Source: a virus (lineage: Duplodnaviria > Caudoviricetes). Taken from it: 37,418 nucleotides of DNA. Positions 1 to 9,776 of this stretch are shown here, piece by piece; the first letter of the stretch is position 1; each line of letters starts with the position of its first letter. The DNA is taken from the IMG/VR virus record IMGVR_UViG_3300025114_000011, positions 1 through 37,418 of that record. One strand, given 5' to 3'. The notes under the pieces are model-generated. The model was given only the letters and a program-made list of their open reading frames with translations. It was not told where the DNA came from and made no database searches. The translations under genes and the position numbers were made by a program.

Positions 1-300
1 GACGTCGCTGCTACCGGAACCGCAGCCCCTAATATTTTGGGCGTAGCCCAGTATACTATTGCCGCCGGAGAGTACGGATTTATCATGCGCGACGGCGTCG
101 CTGAAGTAGCTCACGACGCGACTCTTGGCGCCGCGGCTAACGGAACGGTGGTGGTGGCCTCAGTTACAACCGCAGGCCGTGTAGATAACTTGGTGACTGC
201 AGCAGGACCCACCACGGCCCAGGTCGAGCAGAGAGACTGCGTCGTCGGCACTACGCTCGTTGCAGGCAGCAACCTGTTTCGGATCCACTGCACGGGATAA
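1..300 (+). CDS. 5'-truncated putative capsid cement/decoration protein
   Basis: Frame open from base 1; Ala/Gly/Thr-rich; IAAGEYGFIMRDG motif shared with the next gene; lies upstream of the adaptor gene. Confidence 0.5.
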   Translation, partial: DVAATGTAAPNILGVAQYTIAAGEYGFIMRDGVAEVAHDATLGAAANGTVVVASVTTAGRVDNLVTAAGPTTAQVEQRDCVVGTTLVAGSNLFRIHCTG

Positions 301-312
301 CCAGGAGGCGCT

Positions 313-855
313 ATGTCATCGCTAATAATGGGGCGACAGCGCCGAGGGAAGAACGAACTCTCCACTCTTGTTGACCCTGCAACTATTGTCGGGCCTGAGC
401 AGATCTACCCTTTGGGGTATGAGGTCTATGTGTCTGCAGGAACTAACCCTGGAGATGGTTCGCAGACTTGGGTTTACGTCAAGAACACCATGGCCTCCGA
501 TATTGCAGCCTATCTTCCCGTGAGTGGAAACCCGACCCCTGATCCCATAGCCCCTTTTGAAGTGGCTACTGTGAATGCCCCGTACCCTATCTATATAGGG
601 TACACCCAAGCCGTCATCCCTTCAGGAGAGTTCGGCTTTATTCTTAGGCGAGGAAAGGGAAAAGTCACCATGGAAGGAACCGGAACTGGAGGCATAAACG
701 CAAATCGGGGAATGCTATGTTATATCGGCGGAATCTGGGCCATTCAGAATATAATGGCAGTCTCGACAGATGTGGGCGTCCTTTGGTTGCTCGAGGACGT
801 AACGGCGCCGGTCGCGGACTTTCAAGTCGAGGCGATGCTCAACCTCCAAGGGTAA
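313..855 (+). CDS. Putative capsid cement/decoration protein (paralogue of 1..300)
   Basis: RBS AGGAGG; WVYVK and IPSGEFGFILRRG motifs; similar to upstream ORF. Confidence 0.5.
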   Translation: MSSLIMGRQRRGKNELSTLVDPATIVGPEQIYPLGYEVYVSAGTNPGDGSQTWVYVKNTMASDIAAYLPVSGNPTPDPIAPFEVATVNAPYPIYIGYTQAVIPSGEFGFILRRGKGKVTMEGTGTGGINANRGMLCYIGGIWAIQNIMAVSTDVGVLWLLEDVTAPVADFQVEAMLNLQG

Positions 856-870
856 AAGTAGGAAGGACCA

Positions 871-2658
871 GTGAACCTAAAGGATATCAGGGAAGCGGTC
901 TTCAACCAGGCAGATTGGTCTCCACATAAAAGTACTGAAGCGAAGTCTCGGCTTAACCGATTCATCAACCGCGCTTACAATCTGATCTCTCTTGAGTCGC
1001 CCTTTCTCTTCTTTGAAGAGATCCTCAATATCACGACCGAGCCAGACGTTGTGCCTCCCTCGACTGACACTATTGAGTTCGTCGCAAACCCAGGCGGCAT
1101 TTTAAGTCCTAGCTCTTGGATTCTTGAGCAGACCAACTTCGCGACAGCCGCCATTACTTGGCCTGCCGACCGTAGCTGGGACGGGCGCATGATCGAAATA
1201 AAGGATTCACATGGGAAATGGCACCGCAATGTCATCCGTACCATCTGGGTGGATATAGAGCGCCGCGGCCAGCCCGACCAAGGAATGGAGGTTACCCGAG
1301 CTGTGCTCTCTCTATGGTTTCCTTTTGATACTGACCCTATTTCAGCCCCGTTTAGCGGCATTGTTCCTACTCAGAAGGCAACTATCGGCCCAGGTCCGTT
1401 CGAGTATCGTATCTACACCAAAGAGTATCACCTCCCTGACGACCTCATTACGCTGAACTCAGCTCGCCTCTGGAAGACGAACAACTCGTGGCCGCTCGCT
1501 GTACTCGGCCAGAGAGACGCTGAGAAGCAAAACATCGTCGACACCCACACCGCCCTAGCCAAGGGCATTCCGCGCGTCATGTTTCGCGGAGCTCACTTCC
1601 AGTTGATGGCGCCGGCAGAGGCTCCGGCTGTCTCGCTAACCCAGGGCCAGGGCGAGGAACAATCCTATAACTGGGAAGGCCCAGAGCCTGCGGGTGAGTT
1701 CGAGTACCGAATCACTTACTGTTGGGGCGCCCGAGATCCCTTCTCGGCCATCAACCCGAGTCCTTTTCACGCTGTTGGCAAGTATCGAACCCCGTGGAGC
1801 GGCTTTCCTGATCAGGACATAGGAATGGGCAACCCCAACATAGGTGATGACCAAGGGCACGAGCAGTGGGGACCGCAGCGCTATCGTGAACCAAGATGGG
1901 AGTCGGCCCCATCGGAAGCTAGCGCCAGCATTACTACTAAAAATAAGACCCAAGGCGCCCTCCTTACCTTCGCTAACATAGAATACATGCTTGGCTTTTT
2001 TAACGCCTACCTGCCGACGCCAGGCCCCGGCATTGAGCCAGTGCGTAACTACAAGAGTGGATGGTATATCCGCATTTACCGACGTAGAAAGGCGGCTGAC
2101 TTTGTGAACTACACAGCCACAGACAGGGGCGCCTACAATCTCCAGAGTCCTTCAGGAGCTTTGCTCTCTGAGCTTAAGTCTGTGTCGGTGGACGAGCCCT
2201 TTTACCTGCTAGCAGAGACGCATATCGACTCCACTAATAGCGGCGAGTTTTTAGACAACGGTTCCATCATCCCCGATAGGACGCGTCGCCTAAGAGACAC
2301 GCACGGCTATCAGTCGATTCATCTCTACCCAGTGCCTAACGAGCGCTATGAGGTGCAGTTGCGCTGCGTAAGACGCCCGCTCGACCTCATTAACGATACG
2401 GACGTGCCCCTTATTCATGCAGAGGCGTGTGACGTTTTAATCGACAGGACGCTTCAACTGCTCTATGAAACAGAAGGCAATGTTGTTATGATGCGGTTCG
2501 CGAAGGATCGTTATGACAGAAACCTTAAAGACTTAGCAAAGCGCTACGGCGATTTGCGTTCCGCTGCCCAGCCTATGCTCAAGAGACTTTCCCGCGCCAG
2601 CCCAGGTTACCGATCTCAGATGCGTTATAGACAGTGGTGGACAACAGCAACAGACTAG
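871..2658 (+). CDS. Head-tail adaptor / tail tubular protein A-like, with a large internal insertion
   Basis: N-terminal MNLKDIREAV...LNRFINRAY and C-terminal LYPVPNERY...DTDVPLI pattern typical of podovirus adaptors; gene position. Confidence 0.6.
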   Translation: MNLKDIREAVFNQADWSPHKSTEAKSRLNRFINRAYNLISLESPFLFFEEILNITTEPDVVPPSTDTIEFVANPGGILSPSSWILEQTNFATAAITWPADRSWDGRMIEIKDSHGKWHRNVIRTIWVDIERRGQPDQGMEVTRAVLSLWFPFDTDPISAPFSGIVPTQKATIGPGPFEYRIYTKEYHLPDDLITLNSARLWKTNNSWPLAVLGQRDAEKQNIVDTHTALAKGIPRVMFRGAHFQLMAPAEAPAVSLTQGQGEEQSYNWEGPEPAGEFEYRITYCWGARDPFSAINPSPFHAVGKYRTPWSGFPDQDIGMGNPNIGDDQGHEQWGPQRYREPRWESAPSEASASITTKNKTQGALLTFANIEYMLGFFNAYLPTPGPGIEPVRNYKSGWYIRIYRRRKAADFVNYTATDRGAYNLQSPSGALLSELKSVSVDEPFYLLAETHIDSTNSGEFLDNGSIIPDRTRRLRDTHGYQSIHLYPVPNERYEVQLRCVRRPLDLINDTDVPLIHAEACDVLIDRTLQLLYETEGNVVMMRFAKDRYDRNLKDLAKRYGDLRSAAQPMLKRLSRASPGYRSQMRYRQWWTTATD

Positions 2659-2668
2659 GAGAAGTGAC

Positions 2669-2953
2669 ATGGCTGACGCAGAAGTAAAGATTGTGGCCGG
2701 GGGGATCTATGAGATGGAGCGCCCCGATGGTAGTACTGAACAAAGCATGTGCATTTGCACCCTACGCCAAGGCGACAGGGTTAGCGGATGGCTACAGCGC
2801 TTGGGATACGCGCGCGAGCTCGTGACCGAGGGCTCCGAGCTTATGGAGAGCATGAAGCTTGTGGGCACTGTAATCGAGCCCTTCGTAAAGCCTGCTCCTA
2901 AAAAGGCACCCGCTAAGAAGAAAATCACGCGGAAGAAATCCAAGAAGGAGTAG
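2669..2953 (+). CDS. Small hypothetical protein with Lys-rich C-terminal tail
   Basis: RBS AGGAG; fills the gap between coupled genes; KPAPKKAPAKKKITRKKSKKE tail. Confidence 0.7.
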   Translation: MADAEVKIVAGGIYEMERPDGSTEQSMCICTLRQGDRVSGWLQRLGYARELVTEGSELMESMKLVGTVIEPFVKPAPKKAPAKKKITRKKSKKE

Positions 2954-2959
2954 GGGCGC

Positions 2960-5560
2960 ATGGCGGATCCCAAGACAAGAGTCACTCAGGGTCCGCTTAT
3001 TATCCGAGCGGAATCAGGGAAGCTCTTTGCGCCGGATTCGATCGCCTCTCTCATCGAGAACTTCGTTGAGACCGAGGAGGGCACTCTGCGCTCCATCTCG
3101 GGGCCGACCTACGTTGTGCCTCCCTATGAGGGGGTCGAACCAGAGCCGCTCCATAGTTTCGATCATATCTTTGGGATTTTCCACGGCCGCCTAAAGACCG
3201 GCCAAAAAGATATCCTTTTAATGCACGCTGTAGGTCGCGCTACCCCGCTAGCTGCAAACACCAATAGCCTATGGATATTTGAAGGCTGGCGAAGGGCGTG
3301 GAGTCTGGTCTTTACCTTCTCTCACAACACTGACTATTTCGGGCCATCCACCCCTACTCAGTTTGAACTCACTCCCTTTGGGATCGTTGTTCTGCCTGCA
3401 CACGATAGACGCGTCTTTATTTACGACGAGAACGGTTCGGTAGTCCCGTTTGGCTACTCGGACATACCAGGCTCCCCGGACATGGAAGGACCGATGCGCT
3501 CGCGCACGTTCATGTACAACGAAAGTGCGACATCCAATAGCTTCGCTATAGAAGGACTGCCGCGACAAATACGCCCTCCCAACCAGGGAAACAACAATGG
3601 GTTTCCTCTGTCCTACTCTCACGACGGAAATATCTGGAGCGAGTGGCGCAACGTTTGGACCGAGAATACGACTGCCTCCGCTCCCATTTTCCCCGATGGC
3701 ACGCAGATGCATACGGCTTTCGGGCGCTGCCGGGTAGGTACTATCGAAACGCAGTCAGGGGTGGACGCACCGTCTTGGCTTTCGCCTAACCCTTTAGGAT
3801 ATGAGGAAGACGGAACCCCTTGGTTCCTCGACGATGCCACCATTGCCGCCGCCAAGCGACAGAATAAGACGAGTTCAGCAGCAGCGCTGGCCGCAGGCAT
3901 TTCTCCAGGCCAACTCCTTGAGTGTGCCTATGAAGGGGCGACGCAGTGGATAGATCGCTACGGAAATCTATCGCCTATCTCCCCACGCACTGAGACGCTT
4001 ATCTTTGAGCAGCAGACCACCGCTATTCCACGGGATTCGGTCGTCCCCATCTACGAGGCCGCCGGGGGGCAGCTTTCGCCAGGGGGTGGATACGGGAGTG
4101 GAGGTACGACTAACGACTACTACAAGAATGCTGTTGATAATGACTGGGACGCTAACTCCGTGTGTCCGCCAGACAAAATGCAGAAGCAGTTTCTGTGGCG
4201 CTCCATCGACCAGCACGAAGTAACCAACGGCGCGGTCCCGACAGCCACCAGCTCGACGGTAGGAAGGCTCCTGCTTCGCACGCGCGATCTTCTCAGTAGC
4301 GGAACAACCTCTTTGTTTATCGTTCCTCCGAACGCACAAGGCGGTGTCTTTAACTTTGCTACCATCCCAGATAATATTTCCACTCTCTACCCAGACAATA
4401 CGCCTGACGCATGGCTGACGGTCTCTCCCGTTGAAGTCGACCCGATGATTTCCTTTAACTTGTGTCGCATGGCGCTCGGAAGAATGTGGTACGCCAACGC
4501 CGATGGAGACCCTGGCATTCTGCGCTGGTCTCTGCCTGGAAGGTTCGCGACGCTAGGCAAGGACGAGTTCGTCTACCCAGACCCCATGGGAGGACCTGTA
4601 ACCGCCCTGTGGGCTGTCCCTGCAGGTCTGCTGGTCTTTACTGAGACCTCCACCTTCTTAGCTACGGACACGTCTGCAGCTACGGGGCTGTCCTACCAGA
4701 CCTTAAGCACAACAGCAGGCTGCGTAGCAGCTAGCAGCGTAGCCACTATCCCTACAGGGGTTACCATTTGGCTGGGTCAAGATGGGTTCTATGCCTATGG
4801 GGGCGGGGAGATTACCTATTTTTCCGAGCCCATTCGCAAAGATCTCAGGCTTATAAATAAGGCGAGACAACTACAGGCAGTTGCAGCGGTTGACTCCCGT
4901 ACCGGAGAGTACCGATGCTGGGTAGCGATGTCGGCGTCTCTAGTAAACGATATGTGTTGGGTTTATGATTACCGGGGAAATGCAACAGGCTGGCGCAGGC
5001 GCACCGACCTAGCGGTTCAGGCGGTTGCTGTTACGAGAGACCACCGGGCCTACATGGTCGCAGCAGGCACGCAAAACCAAGTTCCGCCAAGTGTATTAAA
5101 CAACTTCCGGCCATACATTTTAGACCACTCTCATTCCGATCCCTCTGCAGTAGGGCTAAGGGAGGCGGATTGGTCCTTCGAAACTACCTGGCTCCTTAAC
5201 GAGAACAGTTATGAAAAGCAGACTGCCGTTACTGTTTACTTCTGGATGAGAGAGACAACGTCCACAACGTTCCGGGTCCAGGTGTTCCGTGATTGGAGAA
5301 AGGTTCCGCTTGAACTTCATTCTGTCTCCACCTACTCTATTTCGGACCCTCCTCCATTTTGGGGGTCAGCGGTTCTCGGCTCCGATGGCACCACCTACCG
5401 CAACAGGCGGCCGTATTGGTCACGCGCTGAAATTTATGTTCCGAGCTGTGAGGTGTTTAAAATCCGAGCGTTTACAAATGACGCCATCCCTATTGAGTTT
5501 ATAGGGCTTTCTTTTGACTTCATTCCGCACCCCTCGGGCGGAGCGAGGGTGCAGCCATGA
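2960..5560 (+). CDS. Tail nozzle / tubular protein B (P22 gp10-like stabilisation protein)
   Basis: 866 aa; beta-rich; AGCVAASS...IWLGQDGFYAYGG...FSEPI propeller-like motif; follows adaptor. Confidence 0.6.
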   Translation: MADPKTRVTQGPLIIRAESGKLFAPDSIASLIENFVETEEGTLRSISGPTYVVPPYEGVEPEPLHSFDHIFGIFHGRLKTGQKDILLMHAVGRATPLAANTNSLWIFEGWRRAWSLVFTFSHNTDYFGPSTPTQFELTPFGIVVLPAHDRRVFIYDENGSVVPFGYSDIPGSPDMEGPMRSRTFMYNESATSNSFAIEGLPRQIRPPNQGNNNGFPLSYSHDGNIWSEWRNVWTENTTASAPIFPDGTQMHTAFGRCRVGTIETQSGVDAPSWLSPNPLGYEEDGTPWFLDDATIAAAKRQNKTSSAAALAAGISPGQLLECAYEGATQWIDRYGNLSPISPRTETLIFEQQTTAIPRDSVVPIYEAAGGQLSPGGGYGSGGTTNDYYKNAVDNDWDANSVCPPDKMQKQFLWRSIDQHEVTNGAVPTATSSTVGRLLLRTRDLLSSGTTSLFIVPPNAQGGVFNFATIPDNISTLYPDNTPDAWLTVSPVEVDPMISFNLCRMALGRMWYANADGDPGILRWSLPGRFATLGKDEFVYPDPMGGPVTALWAVPAGLLVFTETSTFLATDTSAATGLSYQTLSTTAGCVAASSVATIPTGVTIWLGQDGFYAYGGGEITYFSEPIRKDLRLINKARQLQAVAAVDSRTGEYRCWVAMSASLVNDMCWVYDYRGNATGWRRRTDLAVQAVAVTRDHRAYMVAAGTQNQVPPSVLNNFRPYILDHSHSDPSAVGLREADWSFETTWLLNENSYEKQTAVTVYFWMRETTSTTFRVQVFRDWRKVPLELHSVSTYSISDPPPFWGSAVLGSDGTTYRNRRPYWSRAEIYVPSCEVFKIRAFTNDAIPIEFIGLSFDFIPHPSGGARVQP

Positions 5561-6402
5561 GTTGGAAGTACCTTCCAAGAAGGCTAATAACCACGGGAGT
5601 GGTAGGCTTTCAGGACTTAAACCGAGGGTTTCTCTCCTTCGTAAACGAAGTCCAAGGGCGACTTAACGAGCACAACTGGAAGGAGGGAGCCGTCAGAGAG
5701 GAGGCCGTCCCTACCCCAGGCGCTGGAGATTTGAACTTTGTGTCTACAGATGTTCTAGATTTAGACGCTGCCTATGAATTCGAATCCACTAGAAACACTC
5801 TCACTGGAGCCTCTTACGCAGCAAATATCACATGGGGCGGATGGCGACAGGCACAGTGGAACTACCCGTTCGGATGGGCGGGGGCATGGCTGATCCCTAA
5901 CACGCTCCAGTGGGACATTATTGGGTCAGAGACGAACCCGTTCATAACAAGCCTGCCAAGCGCTCCTGGGGATACGATCAATCCTTGCGAGCGCTCCTTT
6001 ACCCTAACGGAAACGACGGTTGTTCTTATCGCTTTATCGCTACAGGGTTACCAGTCCTTTAATACCATGGGAGCTATGTCGCAGATACAAGGGGGGTGCA
6101 GCTTCGCCCTCGAGGTAAATGGAGCGGTGATTACCGAGTCTCTTTACGGGACCGCCGACTCATCGAACGACCCTGTCGCAATCGAGAACTTCGCCCCTTA
6201 CCAGCCCATGGCTGAACGCATGCACGCCGCCCCCGCCTACGACCCTAACGGCGTTTACGGTTATAGCGTATGCGTGGAGACGGTCATGACGCTCCCTCCA
6301 GGACACGTCACCGTGCGCGGGTTGGTTAAGAAACTAACGACAGATGGCGGCGATGCTATCATCGGGAGCCGAGAACTGATAATCTTAAAGCTGATGAGGT
6401 AA
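5557..6402 (+). CDS. Tail-associated structural protein
   Basis: ATGA overlap with upstream gene; N-terminal LNRGF...GRLNEHNW anchor-like motif; beta-rich. Confidence 0.55.
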   Translation: MSWKYLPRRLITTGVVGFQDLNRGFLSFVNEVQGRLNEHNWKEGAVREEAVPTPGAGDLNFVSTDVLDLDAAYEFESTRNTLTGASYAANITWGGWRQAQWNYPFGWAGAWLIPNTLQWDIIGSETNPFITSLPSAPGDTINPCERSFTLTETTVVLIALSLQGYQSFNTMGAMSQIQGGCSFALEVNGAVITESLYGTADSSNDPVAIENFAPYQPMAERMHAAPAYDPNGVYGYSVCVETVMTLPPGHVTVRGLVKKLTTDGGDAIIGSRELIILKLMR

Positions 6403-6405
6403 AGC

Positions 6406-7305
6406 ATGCCTGAGATTCTATTCACGCCCTTTCTTGAAGAAGAAGGCTTCACTGAAGCGAGCATAACGGACAGACTTGATCAGGCGAAAGCAGGCCTTAA
6501 TAGCGTAGTCCAGCAAGCCTCTGAGCGCGGAGCTCTTAACGAGAACCACGGTGGAAGCTGTGTGGTCTTCATGGACACTATCGAACAGACAACCCCAAGC
6601 CTCCACCAAGCAACATGGGGAAACCTTTGGGAGCCAGTATACTGGAACCTTACAAACGGGAATGGCTCCGGAGACGGAAGGCAGTTGCCTCCCCCTGCAG
6701 ACGGCTCGTGGGAGGCTATAGGGGGGGCCCCTTTGGAAATAAACTTCACGCCTATTCCTCTTTTAGCGGCCACCCCGGATGACCGATTTGGGGTATCCTG
6801 TATTTACGTTATGCTTAATGCAGAAGTTCGCTATGTTAACGGGGTTGACCACCAGGGAACTGTCAAGAATGTCGACTGCGGAGTAGCAATAACTGTTCAG
6901 TGGGAGGGTTTTAAGGACGACCCGATACCGAGTTCCCAAGGCTGGTTTCATATCTACCAGAACATGGCCCCTGCGGACGCAGCCTTTGTCCCTCCAGGCC
7001 TAGTGAACTGGTGCCGGCTGCCTGAAAGAAAGGTAGGCCCTGCTGCGCTGCAACTTGTTCCCGGCGGCCTGAACAACCAGCTAGATATATGGCACGATAT
7101 TTCTATTCGGACAACGATTCGGCCGGAAGACCTCATGCGGGCAGCCAACGAACTCCCGGTGGGGCCGCTACCTATCGATTTGGTAGGGGCTGTTCGAGGC
7201 TCTATTTCCCTCATAACTACGGATTTAGTTGAGACAACTCGAACTGAGATACGAAACGCAAACCTTACGGTCATAGCCCTGCGCGGAACGGAGGCTCTAC
7301 TATGA
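6406..7305 (+). CDS. Tail-associated structural protein
   Basis: Coupled in operon; GALNENH motif similar to upstream gene. Confidence 0.55.
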   Translation: MPEILFTPFLEEEGFTEASITDRLDQAKAGLNSVVQQASERGALNENHGGSCVVFMDTIEQTTPSLHQATWGNLWEPVYWNLTNGNGSGDGRQLPPPADGSWEAIGGAPLEINFTPIPLLAATPDDRFGVSCIYVMLNAEVRYVNGVDHQGTVKNVDCGVAITVQWEGFKDDPIPSSQGWFHIYQNMAPADAAFVPPGLVNWCRLPERKVGPAALQLVPGGLNNQLDIWHDISIRTTIRPEDLMRAANELPVGPLPIDLVGAVRGSISLITTDLVETTRTEIRNANLTVIALRGTEALL

Positions 7306-8165
7306 CTCTTTTCGACTACAAATATCCTCCAGCCAACCCACCGCTTCAGGATGGGGACGCCCCAGGAGGAGACATTTTATCGGAGGACCTATATTACCCG
7401 GTGCCCCAGGCGGACTTAGGGACTGGGTCTTTGGATGTCATGAACGGGTTTTTAGATACTAGCAATCTGGAAGCAACAAACCCCTTTACTCGCCAACATT
7501 TACAGAAAGGCTCGCAGAGCGGGGGAGGCCAGGCTGGCGCCACAGCTAACATGGACTTCTTTAAGGACCTGTTTATGGGAAGTTCCTTGGCTCATCGGGG
7601 GGACGAGAAGACCGACGCGGAGTTGCGCGGAAAGTATGTTCCCATCCCAGGGGCAGGCGTTACCTTTTATCTGCCATACGACGCACATGTTCTCTTTATG
7701 TGGAACATTGGGTGGTTTAACGACGGCCCTTTCGGGCAGCCTACCTGGGACGTCACCGACCCCGAAGGGCGTGCGGGGTTCACCGGGGTTGCATTTTACG
7801 ACGGGTTCAACGTCAGCCAGCTCCAGCTTTTCTTCGACAACGGACTTGGGGTTATTCAAGACAAAACTAACAAAAGAAAATGTCCCGCTGGATTCGATAA
7901 CTTCACAGGCGGAAATGAAGCTACCCATCTAGACAGCTTGAATACCGCTAGATACTGGTGCGGCCATAAGCTTGTGAAAGGGATGCCAGCAGGGCAGCAC
8001 TCCGCAGGGCTGCGTCTGTTCGCTCCCTACACCTCCTACAAGATGACAGACCCCCAAGACCCCAACCGCGGCTTCGGCCATCGGGACGGCATCGTTCAAC
8101 AAACGCGCGTGCGCGTGCGCTCTATGCGCTATATTTGGTTTAGGCCCTCCAAAGTTCAACTATAG
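7302..8165 (+). CDS. Tail-associated structural protein
   Basis: ATGA overlap; MNGFLDTSNL motif similar to the two upstream genes. Confidence 0.55.
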   Translation: MTLFDYKYPPANPPLQDGDAPGGDILSEDLYYPVPQADLGTGSLDVMNGFLDTSNLEATNPFTRQHLQKGSQSGGGQAGATANMDFFKDLFMGSSLAHRGDEKTDAELRGKYVPIPGAGVTFYLPYDAHVLFMWNIGWFNDGPFGQPTWDVTDPEGRAGFTGVAFYDGFNVSQLQLFFDNGLGVIQDKTNKRKCPAGFDNFTGGNEATHLDSLNTARYWCGHKLVKGMPAGQHSAGLRLFAPYTSYKMTDPQDPNRGFGHRDGIVQQTRVRVRSMRYIWFRPSKVQL

Positions 8166-8174
8166 GATTTAAAA

Positions 8175-8711
8175 ATGGGATTCGAAAACCTAAGAAGAGG
8201 CAGACGAGTTAGCACCCCTGCCGTGAAGAAGAAGGTGGTAGCCGCGGACTTGACGGCTGAAGAGGAGTCCGCCATCGAGCGCGGGCAGGCAGCACGTGGG
8301 GAGCAGCAAGCAAAGCTGCGCGCCGAGGCGCAGCCGGAGGAAACCTGGCTAGGTGAAAGGGCTAAGATGGACGCAGAGTATCGACAAGCAGCAGCAGGCG
8401 CGAAGGAAGAGCGAAAACGACCTGGCCTTCCAGGGTGGGACTCCGGGTACACAGCGGGAGGAACGCCTAACCCTTTCAAGGCAAAGCCAGAAGGGAACCC
8501 TCCCGGCCCGGCAATGACTTACGGGTTCGAAGAGGAGGAGTTTGTAACTCCAGGCCGAGGCCTCATGACCGGGCGCGATGTCACCAGGACAAGGACGGTC
8601 CCGCGAGATTGGAGAGAGGGAGAGCAGGAGTCGGTAAAGGGGTCCGTCGCAAAAAAACGGGCAATCTTGCAAGAGATTCTTGCCCAACAGAGAGAGAAAA
8701 GAGGTGAGTGA
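8175..8711 (+). CDS. Hypothetical charged protein, possible internal virion protein
   Basis: In operon; charged and helical composition. Confidence 0.55.
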   Translation: MGFENLRRGRRVSTPAVKKKVVAADLTAEEESAIERGQAARGEQQAKLRAEAQPEETWLGERAKMDAEYRQAAAGAKEERKRPGLPGWDSGYTAGGTPNPFKAKPEGNPPGPAMTYGFEEEEFVTPGRGLMTGRDVTRTRTVPRDWREGEQESVKGSVAKKRAILQEILAQQREKRGE

Positions 8712-9766
8712 TGCGAGAGATACTTGACATGGTGAACGAGGACGTCATAGCCAATGCTTTGGGAGGCGTAACTAAGAAAAAAAAGACTCTTCTGGAGGAA
8801 GGAAGAAAACAGGCCGCCGGCGCAGTCGGGCAGGTAGGCGGTGGCCTAGCACAGAAAGCTTTAGGCAAGCTAGCAGAAGCAGGCGTTACTGCTGCTGCAA
8901 CGGCCGTAGGAGGTCCTGCAGGCGCAGCGGCAGCCCAAGGTGCCATGAAGGGAGCGAAGGCCCTTAAAACGGCTAATAAGATTGCCGGAGCTGTAGGGGA
9001 CGCTAAGAAGTATATCAAGAAGAATCCCGCCACCCTTGCCCAGCAGGCGACGAAGGTGGCTCGCACGGGAGCTCTCGTGAATGCCCTGGTAGGGACCAGG
9101 AAGATCAAGCCAGAGAACGACGAAGAGCTTAAAAACGTGAAGGAGAGATACAAACAGGTATCGGAAAGAGACCCGGGTCTTACGGATGCCGAGAAGCGCC
9201 AGATCCGAGGGGAGACAGCGGCTCAGAGAGGCAAGGGCTTCGAGACGTTCGGCGACCCGAACCGCGTAGGTGCCACGACTGCAGACTTGAAAAGAACGGT
9301 AGCCATGCAGCAGCAACAGGGCCTGGATGCTGCTAAGGAAATCAAGGACGAGACCGACATCCGTTTCGTGGACAATCGAGAACGGCTCGCGCGCCTCAAA
9401 GACGAAGGGACGACCCGGCTTAACCAGTTAAGGTCTGACGAGAAGGAAAGAGCAAACAAGGCAGAGTACAAGAGGGACCGTGCGGTCAGGGAAGGACTCG
9501 AGCGCGAGGATGAGAAAGGCAAGTCAGACGAGAGAACTATACTGCTCCAGAAGGAGGCCGAACGCCGCGCTGAAACGGCCAAAGCAAGAGAGCGTGAGGG
9601 TGAGTTTGGCGTTTCTACTCCCAGGTTCGCGCAGAAGAAGACAGGCGGGATGACTCGCGGGGAGATGCTGGAGAAACTCGGATTCGGGAAAGACACCCCC
9701 GACTACGTTCTGGATATGTCTGAAGAGGAACTCTACGAACGTGGACGTAAACACGGGATATTCTAG
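8708..9766 (+). CDS. Putative internal virion (ejection) protein
   Basis: Ala/Gly-rich hydrophobic N-terminal segment followed by a charged coiled coil; position after tail genes. Confidence 0.55.
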   Translation: MMREILDMVNEDVIANALGGVTKKKKTLLEEGRKQAAGAVGQVGGGLAQKALGKLAEAGVTAAATAVGGPAGAAAAQGAMKGAKALKTANKIAGAVGDAKKYIKKNPATLAQQATKVARTGALVNALVGTRKIKPENDEELKNVKERYKQVSERDPGLTDAEKRQIRGETAAQRGKGFETFGDPNRVGATTADLKRTVAMQQQQGLDAAKEIKDETDIRFVDNRERLARLKDEGTTRLNQLRSDEKERANKAEYKRDRAVREGLEREDEKGKSDERTILLQKEAERRAETAKAREREGEFGVSTPRFAQKKTGGMTRGEMLEKLGFGKDTPDYVLDMSEEELYERGRKHGIF

Positions 9767-9776
9767 GAGATGAACG

